From Candidatus Latescibacterota bacterium (GTDB lineage Bacteria; Latescibacterota; UBA2968; GCA-2709665), in assembly GCA_965222075.1 (NCBI GenBank), contig OZ244937.1:4896001-4960000 (forward strand): 64,000 nucleotides of DNA, written 5' to 3'. The first letter of the stretch is position 1. Each line of letters starts with the position of its first letter. The notes under the pieces are model-generated. The model saw only the letters and a program-made list of their open reading frames with translations, was not told the origin of the DNA and did not search any database. The position numbers and the translations under genes were made by a program. Shown here piece after piece: positions 49,889-59,200 of this stretch.

Positions 49889-52303
49889 ATGAGGGTGCGA
49901 ATATGGGTTTCAGCGGCTGTCGCGCTGTGTGCGGGGCTACTGCTTTGTACTCAAGTGTCCGACCTCTACGCCCAGGCGAACCAGGCGCCTACGACGTATA
50001 CGCTGCGGTCGATGTTGAAGACCGGTTTCCGAAACGTGGGCATCCAGGGCGCGTTTTTCAATTCGGGCGCGGGCTCCGGGCAGTATCAGTCTTACCCGTA
50101 CAACCACGGGGGAGGTGGCTCCTACGGTTCCAACCTGCTTAGCGGTACGGGCAGTTCCAACTCCGAGGCCTATCAGAATTCGGTACGCGCAGGCCACGGG
50201 GTGTGGACGATGACGTCGGATGCGGAGGTGGTCTACACGGGCGTGCGGATCGGCATGCAGGAGGAGAAGATCACGGCGATGCAGTACGACGTGGAGTCTG
50301 ATCCGGACCTGTCGGGTCTGGGCAAGGGCGGGATTGGGGACTGGTACTTCCACCGCCGGCCGACAGTGAAGCTGGGGAACGGATCGCGGTATCAGGATGG
50401 GTTTGTGGAGTCGAGCATGGGCGGAAACTGGTGGCCGGGTTCCGACCTGATCGTGGAGGGGAGGAAGTCGCAGCCCCTCAGCAAGCCCCCGGTCCACATT
50501 TTGAATTATCAATTCAGCGAGTACCCGCGGAACGACGAGTGGCCTGAGGAGATCATTATTACGCAGTGGACGAATACGCAGGGGATAACAACCACCGAGC
50601 GGGCGTCCATGTGGAGCCACCCCGATTTCGACGATCTGATCATTGATGAGTACATCCTCGAAAACACGGGGGATACGGACGGCGACGGCGACCCGGACAT
50701 GCCGGTGGGTCAGTTGAACGACCTCTACATCGGATTCCAGGACCGGTACAATATCAGCGCTGCGGGACAGCATGCGTATATCCGGTACTGGCGGGACGAG
50801 CGGGACTGGTGCATGGACGACTGGTACGTGTACGACCCGGGCAACAAGGTGCTTTATGCCTGGGACGGGGACCATCCGCTCTACCGCGACTGGGACGATA
50901 CGGGAGACCCGTACAAGGATGCGTTTGCGACAGGTACACTGGCGAACGGCGGGAAGATCCGACAGGGTGAGGACACGCCGATGTCGCCTGCGCACCTGGG
51001 TGTGGGCGTGGTCGCCTATACGGACGATCCCACCAGCCCATACAGGTACAATGCTCACGACACGGGCAAGGGCTACGTGGAACCGGACGGAGACCAGCCT
51101 TATGCCGTGCGGTTCTGGGAGTCGTTCAACTCGAACGTGCAGAACGACCCGAGCAACATAGAGATGACAGAGACGGAGATCTACTCCGATGTGCTGGGCG
51201 GCGGACGCTCTATCGACGCGAACCCGGACCATACGAGTGGGCAGTTCTCCATGCTGATCTTCGGGCCTTATGACGTGCCTCCGAACGGCAAGATCAAGAT
51301 CGTGCTGGCCTATTTGGCAGGGCACCCCGGGCAGATGCTGGGAAATACGGACGTGTGGACCTGGGCGAGGGCCGACAAGCCCCTTGCGACGAAGCAGGCA
51401 GAACTGCTGAGGGGTAAGGACGCGCTTGAGGCCAACTTGGAGGCGGCCAGGTTTGCTTACCAGAACGCCTTCGACATTCCGGACGCGCCGCCGGACGTGA
51501 ACTTCCGGTCGGGCAGCAGCCCGAGTGCGTCCATGACGCTGGACTGGCCCGTGTCGGTGGAAAACGCGGCCCACCCGGACTACGCAGGTGGAGAGGCGAA
51601 CGACGTTGCAGGCTACCGGGTTTATCGGTCCACCTGGTTCCACCAGGGGCCGTGGGAGCTGCTTGCGGACATTCCGACGGGAACGACGAGCATGGAGGAG
51701 ACAAACTTCGAGGTGTCCCGCGCGAGCGATTCCAAGTTCGGCGATCTTTACCTCTTTGAGGACAAGAACTCGGCCGCCGGGTTCTTCTTCTACTATAGCG
51801 TTCGTCCCTACAGCAAGCCTCACACGAGTTGGTCGCCGGGCGGTGACATGGCCATGCATCCGCTGGGGATGGCGGACCTCCCTGGGCAGGTTATCACACA
51901 CGTGCAGGTGGGGCAGGAGGGGGGATGGGCTGCAAATACGCAGCGGATCTACGCGGCCGAGTCGCCCTTTGCCATTCCATCGGCCGGGTCGGAGAACCTG
52001 CAGGAGCAGGTGCTGGTGGTGCCCAACCCGTACTTCTTAGATGAGTCGCACCAATACCCGGGATCCACGAAGATCCGATTTGTGGGTGTTCCGTCAAAGT
52101 CCCGGATCCGGGTCTTCTCGGTGTCGGGGGATCTGGTCTCCGACTTCAAGCACGACGATGCGAGCAAGGGGGAGACCGACTACAATCAGTTCACCTGGAA
52201 TTTCGGCGGAGAGATCGCCACGGGAGTCTACTTCTACGTGGTGGAGAATCTGACCGGGAGCGGCGAGCAGTTCCAGAGAGGCACCTTCATGGTATTGCGA
52301 TAG
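49889..52303 (+). CDS. Secreted 804-aa protein with FN3-like and T9SS-type C-terminal domain (module 2)
   Basis: Paralogue of 27947-30313; VVPNPY…IRF…IRVFSVSGDLV…ATGVYFYVV…GTFMVLR. Confidence 0.7.
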   Translation: MRVRIWVSAAVALCAGLLLCTQVSDLYAQANQAPTTYTLRSMLKTGFRNVGIQGAFFNSGAGSGQYQSYPYNHGGGGSYGSNLLSGTGSSNSEAYQNSVRAGHGVWTMTSDAEVVYTGVRIGMQEEKITAMQYDVESDPDLSGLGKGGIGDWYFHRRPTVKLGNGSRYQDGFVESSMGGNWWPGSDLIVEGRKSQPLSKPPVHILNYQFSEYPRNDEWPEEIIITQWTNTQGITTTERASMWSHPDFDDLIIDEYILENTGDTDGDGDPDMPVGQLNDLYIGFQDRYNISAAGQHAYIRYWRDERDWCMDDWYVYDPGNKVLYAWDGDHPLYRDWDDTGDPYKDAFATGTLANGGKIRQGEDTPMSPAHLGVGVVAYTDDPTSPYRYNAHDTGKGYVEPDGDQPYAVRFWESFNSNVQNDPSNIEMTETEIYSDVLGGGRSIDANPDHTSGQFSMLIFGPYDVPPNGKIKIVLAYLAGHPGQMLGNTDVWTWARADKPLATKQAELLRGKDALEANLEAARFAYQNAFDIPDAPPDVNFRSGSSPSASMTLDWPVSVENAAHPDYAGGEANDVAGYRVYRSTWFHQGPWELLADIPTGTTSMEETNFEVSRASDSKFGDLYLFEDKNSAAGFFFYYSVRPYSKPHTSWSPGGDMAMHPLGMADLPGQVITHVQVGQEGGWAANTQRIYAAESPFAIPSAGSENLQEQVLVVPNPYFLDESHQYPGSTKIRFVGVPSKSRIRVFSVSGDLVSDFKHDDASKGETDYNQFTWNFGGEIATGVYFYVVENLTGSGEQFQRGTFMVLR

Positions 52304-52324
52304 GCGACGAAAGGGGGTAGAACG

Positions 52325-53353
52325 ATGAAATATTTCAGAACCATATTCCTGCTCGCCGCGATGGGGATGCTTCTGGTTCCCCCTCCAGGCGATGCAGATA
52401 TTTTTCCCATTAACAATGACATTACGGACCTCCGTCCTGAAAACCAGGGCACCCACGTGCGGCGCACCGATACGCACCTGTGGGTGGGGCTGTCCGGGTT
52501 TCAGTTCCTGAAGATCGGCCAGGGCGCACGCGCCGTGGCTATGGGCGATGCGTATACGGCCGTGGCCGATGACATCAACGCGATTTACTGGAACCCGGCG
52601 GGGCTGACGGCGGTGCGGGGGACGGCCTGGACGGCCAACTACACGAAGTGGTTGGTGGACTCCGAGGTTTACTCAGCGGCGGTGGCCTGGAACACGGGTA
52701 CTGCCCAGGGCGGGGTGCTCGGGATGAGCGTGATGTCTTTTCGGCCCGGGGAGATCCTCGAGACGACGATCTTCCAGCCCCGAGGCACCGGCCAGACCGT
52801 GGCCGCCGGCGACCTGGCCATCGGCGTGGTCTATGCGCTGAAGCTGACGGACAAGTTCTCGTTCGCTACCCGGGTGCAGTGGATCCACCAGACGCTGTAC
52901 ACGGAGAGCCTCAGTACGATTGGCATTGACGTTGGAACGCTTTTCCATACCGGCTTCAAGAGCCTGCGCCTGGCCATGGCGCTGAAGAACTTCGGCCCGG
53001 ACAAGAAAGTGACGGAGACCAAGTTCTTCATGCCGCTTTATTACAACGTAGCCTTAGCGGCAGAGTTCTACGGCGAGAAGGGCGACCTGACGTACCTGAC
53101 GATCACCGGAGAGTCTGCGTTTGCGGCGGATTACGAGCTGCGCGCGCACGTGGGCGCAGAGGCGTGGTTCCAGAACATCTTTGCGCTGCGAGCGGGCTAC
53201 AAGATCAACTACGACACGGACAGTTTCAGTGCGGGCGCCGGCCTGAAGTATGAGATTGCCGGCGATCGGTCGTTGACGGTGGACGTGGCCTATTCGGATA
53301 TGGGCGAGTTATTCAGCGCCCCCATCCGGGTGACGGTCGGAGGGACGTTCTAA
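52325..53353 (+). CDS. PorV/PorQ-family outer-membrane barrel (module 2)
   Basis: FLKIGQGARAVAMGDAYTAVADDINAIYWNPAGL. Confidence 0.85.
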   Translation: MKYFRTIFLLAAMGMLLVPPPGDADIFPINNDITDLRPENQGTHVRRTDTHLWVGLSGFQFLKIGQGARAVAMGDAYTAVADDINAIYWNPAGLTAVRGTAWTANYTKWLVDSEVYSAAVAWNTGTAQGGVLGMSVMSFRPGEILETTIFQPRGTGQTVAAGDLAIGVVYALKLTDKFSFATRVQWIHQTLYTESLSTIGIDVGTLFHTGFKSLRLAMALKNFGPDKKVTETKFFMPLYYNVALAAEFYGEKGDLTYLTITGESAFAADYELRAHVGAEAWFQNIFALRAGYKINYDTDSFSAGAGLKYEIAGDRSLTVDVAYSDMGELFSAPIRVTVGGTF

Positions 53354-53376
53354 GAGGCAGACGTTTAGCCGCAAGC

Positions 53377-53424
53377 AAAGCCGGCGGTCACCTCCCGGAT
53401 AAAGGGGGTGCCGTCGGCTTTTTT
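53377..53424 (+). terminator. Intrinsic terminator after the PorV-family gene
   Basis: AAAGCCGGCGG-T-CACCTCC…GGGGGTG-CCGTCGGCTTT followed by a T-tract. Confidence 0.7.
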
Positions 53425-53664
53425 AATAACAGACGACAGCGGTAAGCCTTTCCGATCGTCTGTTTTTTGGGTATATTTTAAAGCGTTCCACGTTTGTTAT
53501 AGGATCTATTATCAGGATGAGCGTTTTGGTCTATCAGGATATTCCCGGCAAGGGTTCGCCCATCCGGCATATTATAATAAGACGTTCTTATATATAGTAT
53601 AGCGCGGTTCCGGGGGCGGGGCGTTGAGATCCGTTTTACCAAAGAGGCAGGAGGAGATGGAACA

Positions 53665-56217
53665 ATGGAGAAGAAGCGCTTTGGTCTGTTAATCGGTCGG
53701 ATCGCAGGGGGTGTGGTGGTCCTGCTCTGGCTGGTAGGGAGCGTCCCGGCTCAGGAAGATGGTGATGTATCCCCGGAGGCGTCGGAAGCGACAGCGGACA
53801 CGTCCAGGGCGAAAAAGGAGGCGGCGGTGCAGGCGCTGGAGCAGCGCGTGCAGGCCGATCCGGACGATGCGGAGCAGTGGCTGCAACTGGGCCACGCCCG
53901 CCTGGATGCGGGAGACCTGAAGGGGGCGGAAAAGGCGTTTGAAAAGGCCGAATCCAGGGGGGGGGATGAGGTGGATGCGAAGGCCTACAACGGGTTGGGG
54001 CTGGTTTACACGGAACGCCCGCGCCAGCTTCAGACGGCGATCCATTTCTTCCAGAAGGCCCTGAGGAAGGCCCCTCGCTACGTAGAGGCGCACTACAACA
54101 AGGCGCGGGCGTATTACACTCACAACTGGCTTTCCCACGCGATTAAGGCGGCCAAGGACGCCTTAGCCGTGGATTCCACGCACGTGGCAGCGCAGCAGCT
54201 CATCGACAGGTGCCGCGCGATCAAGGTGGAGGATGCGGGAAAGTCGAAGGAGATGTACGAGAAATACCTGGAGTCAAAGCCGGAGGACATGATGAGCTGG
54301 GTGGAATGGGGGAAGCTGGCGGTGGTGGAGGGAGACTACGAGCAGATTCTGAACCGTCTGCCGGGTGTAATCGAGGCGAACCCGGGGTGGTGGGAGCTGT
54401 TCCCGATCCTGGGGCAGGCCTTCTGGAAGGTGAACATGCTGGAACCGGCGGGGATAGCCTTCAGCAGGTATGTGGAGGGCTTAGAGGAGGAGGAACGGGT
54501 GCTGTATGAAGACCTGAGCCTGGTCACGTGGGGGGATGAGACCCGCGCATTTGAAGCGGCCACCGGGGAAGACCGGAGGGAGGTGGCGAAGCGCTTCTGG
54601 GCGGAGCGGGACCCGGACTATACGACGCCGGTCAACGAGCGCCAGTTAGAGCACTACCGGAGGGTGTGGTATGCGCGGACCTATTTCTCAAGGTATAAGC
54701 AGCCCTGGGACCGGCGGGGGGAGGTCTACATCCGCTACGGGGAGCCGGACCACCGAAGCCGATCCAGGCACCCAAGCCCGCCCCTTTCGGAGTCGGTAAC
54801 CGCGGTGAAGGAGCGGTATTTCAATCTGATCTACAGCAATATGCACTCCCTCCTGTCCATGGGCGGCGGGTCTGAGATCAACACGGGCGCAGAGGGTGCG
54901 GATTACCCCGTTTACGATATTTCCCAGGGCGAGGCGCCGCAGAATTTCGGCGATCTGTTCGGGGATGAGGACCGGTATCAGGGCAATCAGGGCACGTCGA
55001 GGGGCATCGAGTGGTACGACGCGGTTACGGGCGGGCTGACCGGGTCGCTGGTGGGGCCGGTTTTTCCGGTGCGCTCCTACGATCCCAATGTGGCAGGGGG
55101 CGTGTATCTGCCGGTCGGTTCGAGCGATTTCAGCATGGTGAAGTGGGAGTCGTGGACCTACACGCACATCGACGGGGGAATCGTGATCGACTTTACCGAC
55201 GAGATCGGCAAGTCGGGGTTCGACTACGCGCCAATTCCGGATTTGCACAAGACGCCGGGGTTGCGGCACGGGTCCACCGCAGGGATGGACGACATCCGGG
55301 CGATGACCGCCTTTACCCGGCGGGCGCCGATGACGATTATGCGCACGGCGGCGGCGGCGGTGCCGGAGCAGTATACGATCCCGGAGGAGGACCGTCCCAT
55401 GGACTTCTACTTCGATCAGGCGAAGTTCCGGGCGGTGGCGGACTCCGCCCACGTGGAGGTCTACTATGGGGTGCCGATGGCGGAGACGACCTACTTTGCG
55501 GGCGACGATGTGACCGGGCTGCGGGCGGCCTGCCGGGTCGCGCTTGCAGAAGTGGATAAGGAGGACGGGAGGATTTACCGGTCCGAGAGCGAGCTGGTCT
55601 ACGTGGAGCCGGGAGATCGGACCGGGGGGAGCAGATTTAGGATTATCCCCCACGTGGTCGCCTTAGACGTCCCTCCCGGTGAATACACCCTGGACGTGCG
55701 GATGGAGAACCGGCTGGATGGGGAGATCGGCACCTACCGGAAGCGTCTGACCGTGGAGCCGTATCCGGGCGGACCGCTCAAGCTGAGCGACGTTCAACTG
55801 GCCTGGAAGGTCACCGAAGAGGGACCGCCGGATAGGTTCTCCAAGAACGGCCTGAAGGTGCTGCCGATGCCGACGCGGCTTTATAAGAGGGGCCAGCCGG
55901 TGTTCCTCTACTACGAGATCTACAATCTGAGGCGGGACGAGTTCGGGATGACCAACTACACGGTGGAGTATATGATACGGTCGGGCAAGCCGCCCGGGGT
56001 GATCTCGCGGCTCTTTCGGGCGTTTCAGGGTGGGGAGAAGGACGAACGGGTGGCGGTGGCGCAGGAGCAGCTGGGCACGCAGGAGACGCAGCCCAGTTAC
56101 ATCGAGCTGGATTTGAGCGAGGTCGTGCCGGGGGAGGTGGTGTTGACGGTGACGGTGGAGGACCTCAACTCGGGCGAGACGGTGTCGAGGGAGGCGAAGT
56201 TCGAAATTATGGAATAA
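53665..56217 (+). CDS. TPR + GWxTD-domain protein A (module 2)
   Basis: Signal peptide; TPRs; PWDRRGEVYIRYGEPD; paralogue of 31547-33967. Confidence 0.8.
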   Translation: MEKKRFGLLIGRIAGGVVVLLWLVGSVPAQEDGDVSPEASEATADTSRAKKEAAVQALEQRVQADPDDAEQWLQLGHARLDAGDLKGAEKAFEKAESRGGDEVDAKAYNGLGLVYTERPRQLQTAIHFFQKALRKAPRYVEAHYNKARAYYTHNWLSHAIKAAKDALAVDSTHVAAQQLIDRCRAIKVEDAGKSKEMYEKYLESKPEDMMSWVEWGKLAVVEGDYEQILNRLPGVIEANPGWWELFPILGQAFWKVNMLEPAGIAFSRYVEGLEEEERVLYEDLSLVTWGDETRAFEAATGEDRREVAKRFWAERDPDYTTPVNERQLEHYRRVWYARTYFSRYKQPWDRRGEVYIRYGEPDHRSRSRHPSPPLSESVTAVKERYFNLIYSNMHSLLSMGGGSEINTGAEGADYPVYDISQGEAPQNFGDLFGDEDRYQGNQGTSRGIEWYDAVTGGLTGSLVGPVFPVRSYDPNVAGGVYLPVGSSDFSMVKWESWTYTHIDGGIVIDFTDEIGKSGFDYAPIPDLHKTPGLRHGSTAGMDDIRAMTAFTRRAPMTIMRTAAAAVPEQYTIPEEDRPMDFYFDQAKFRAVADSAHVEVYYGVPMAETTYFAGDDVTGLRAACRVALAEVDKEDGRIYRSESELVYVEPGDRTGGSRFRIIPHVVALDVPPGEYTLDVRMENRLDGEIGTYRKRLTVEPYPGGPLKLSDVQLAWKVTEEGPPDRFSKNGLKVLPMPTRLYKRGQPVFLYYEIYNLRRDEFGMTNYTVEYMIRSGKPPGVISRLFRAFQGGEKDERVAVAQEQLGTQETQPSYIELDLSEVVPGEVVLTVTVEDLNSGETVSREAKFEIME

Positions 56218-56227
56218 GGCGGTTTTT

Positions 56228-56259
56228 GAATCCGCATTCTGAAATCCGAAATCTACAAT
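56228..56259. repeat. Degenerate heptamer repeat (ATCCGCA/TTCTGAA/ATCCGAA/ATCTACA) at a gene junction
   Basis: 7-nt periodicity; same repeat family as 44210-44243. Confidence 0.5.
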
Positions 56260-56273
56260 GGTCAGGAGCCGGG

Positions 56274-59200
56274 ATGAGGCATCTTATGAGAAGGCCGGGC
56301 GGCCTGTTGAGCGCGGTCGTTGCTCTGGCGGCCGTCTGTGGTTCACTGCCAGCGGTTGCGTGGCAGGCAGGCAGGCAGGCACAGGTCAACGGTGTGAGGT
56401 CTCCCGACGGGAAGGGTCTGGCCTACACGGTGGCCAGGGGCAGGCCGGAGGCGCTGATGACCGAGATCCGGACGGCGCGTGCGGATGGGAGCGGGGGCCA
56501 GCTGGTCAAGGCCTACCTGGGCGAGCCGGGCGATCTTTGTTTTCTGCCGGGGGGCGAAGGGTTCGTCTACCTCCAGGTGAGCCTTTCCTATACGGTCTTC
56601 GGATCGCACCTCTGCGCCGAGTATAAGTTGCCCCTGATGCGGAATCGGGTCTGGCGGCTGAAGGCGGATGGGTCGTCCGAGACGCTCTGGCCCCTGCCCG
56701 GGGAGCTTCAGCCGCTCAGGATTGCGGTTTCTCCGGATGGGGGGCGGCTGGCTGTGGGCGGGTTCCGGGGGAGCCTGCAGGACCGTGAGGACCGGGGGCT
56801 GTGGGTTGTGGACCACAGCGGGGCCGCCGTCCGGCTGCTGAACGGCCGGGTGACCGGACCTTTGCGATGGTCCTCCGATTCGGGGCGGATTTTCTGTGCC
56901 GTGGAGGAGGGGGGGTGTTTGAGGGGCGTGGCCGTGCAGGTGGGAACGGGCGAGGTGACGGACGCAGATGCGCCGGAAGCTGAAGCGTACGCAGGGGGCG
57001 ACGATGCCGCGCCCGCCGATGTCGTCGATGGGACAGCACCCGGTCTGATCAGCAATGCGCTGGACCGGTATACGAAGGGCTACCACGCGATGCACCAGGA
57101 CAGGCCCTACCGGCTGATAAAGAACGCATATAAGGGGGCCATCCGTGCCTTTGAGCAGCTTTACAAAGGAGGGATCTCAAAAGCGGACTGCCTCGGCTAC
57201 ATCCAGACGCTGCGTGCCCGGATCCCTAAGAAAAAGGGTGAGGGTGAGAGGAGGCACCGACGGGCCAGCTGCCGGGAACACCAGCTTGTTGTGGGCACCC
57301 TGTTTGAAGGTTACGCGCAGGCGCACGGGCAGCTTCCCCCTACCTTAGAGGACCTGCGCTTCTGGGTGGAGCGCCAGGTCGAAGAGAGGGCCTCCCGGGA
57401 GGAGGCGCCCGAGGAGGCCATAGAGAGAGATCGGACGACCCTGGCCCGTATTTTTCACTGTGCGACCGATCCCGACCGGGAGCGGTCGATCAGCTACGTG
57501 TACCGGCCCGAGGCGCCCCCGGGCACCCCGGTGCTTCTCTGCTACTGGCACCGGGGCGAACTGCTTCGCCTCAGGGAGAGGTCGGGAGGGTACGGCGCTG
57601 AGGTCCTGACCTTGTATCCCGATCAGATCGATTCCTTAGATGCGGCGGCGGCCGGCTACCTGGAGGCAGAGGCGGCGGACAGCGCCGTTGCCCTCCTGGA
57701 GGTGGTGTCCCATCAGCGCCACAAAGACCCGGTTTCGCACAATAAATACGGTTATGCCGCACTTGAGGCAAAGGACGATGCGCTGGCAGAGAAGGCGTTT
57801 AAGCGGGCGGCCTCCCTGAGCAAGGGGAAGGTGCTGGCCAGGGCGTATTACGGCCTGGGGCTGATCAATATGGAGCGTTCCAGGGGTCGGCAGACGGCCA
57901 TCGAATATTTCCGGGACGCCCTGAGCCGGGACCGGAAATTTGTGGACGCCAGATACCAGATGGCCAGGGCGCGCGTTCTCCTGTGGCAGTATGACGCAAA
58001 GTCCGACATTGAGAAGGTCCTGAAGATGGACCCGAATTATGCGGATGCCTACCTGCTGATGGGGGACTACGAGGCGGACCTCAATAAGGAATACGAGCGC
58101 GCGATCCCCTGGTATACGAAGTATCTGGCGCTGCGGCCCGACGATCCGGTGAGCCGGAACCGGCTGAGCATGGCCTATTTGCACGTGAAGGACTACGACA
58201 AGGTTATGGAGACGCTGCTGGGATTCGTCCAGGAGCATCCGGATGCGATTGAACTGCTGCCGATTGTCTCCCAGGCGTGCGCCAAACAGGATAAGCTGGA
58301 CCTGGCGATGGGCTTCTTCAAGGCGTATGTTTCAAAGCTCGACCCGGAGGAGCGGGCGCTTTACAAGGATATCAGCCGGTTCGCCTCGAAGGAGGAGCTG
58401 GCGGAGTATTCCAGGGCCTCCGGCGCGGAGCAGGAGGCGTTTTTGAAGCGCTTCTGGAACGGGCGGGACCCGGACCTGTCCACGCCGGTCAACGAGCGCC
58501 TCCTGGAGCACTACCGGCGGGTGTGGTATGCCCGGCAGAGCTTCTCGAAGGAGCGGCAGCCGTGGGATATGCGCGGGGAGGTCTACGTGCGGTTCGGGGA
58601 GCCGGACCACCGGACGAGTTCGGCGATGATGAACGCCAGGCAGAGTCTGGAGGTGCAGCGGGTCAAGGAGCGGATGGCCCTGGACATTTATGGGACCGAT
58701 GGGAGCCAGGCGAGCTTCGTTGGGCCGGTATACCCCGTGCGTACCCTTGCGATGGGGGCGCGCCTCCGCGACTTACAGGGCGAATTCGAGGCGTCGGAGG
58801 TTGAGGTTATCACCGAAGATGTTGACGACCAGCAGCTGGATATAGTGGCCGCCGGCCCCAATACACGAACGAACACTGAATCGGGGATGATGCAGCGGGG
58901 GGAAGGGGGAAACCAGCAGTCTCAGCTGCAGTCACAGTCCCAATCTCAGTCGCAGTCGCAGACCCTGGTCACAGCGGCCATCAGCGATGCTTCCGACGGC
59001 TCGTTTAGCGGCGATCTGATGGAAATCAATGAGATGTTGAACTTAGAGGGGACCTTTTCGGTGGCCGGGGAGGATTTCTTAAAGTTCGGGGAATACCGTC
59101 CTGTCATCACTTCCGGCGCAGATGTCTCCACGGTCCCCTGGGAGTCCTGGGTCTACACCCGGATCGGCGGGGGTATTGAGATCACCTTTACCGACGAGTC

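Noticed and set aside
49937-51901. Long antisense or alternative-frame ORFs (654 aa here; also 1081-2277, 8475-9710, 17192-18667 and others)
   Set aside because: They overlap well-supported genes, are Arg/Pro/Gly-rich and lack motifs; expected shadow ORFs in high-GC DNA.
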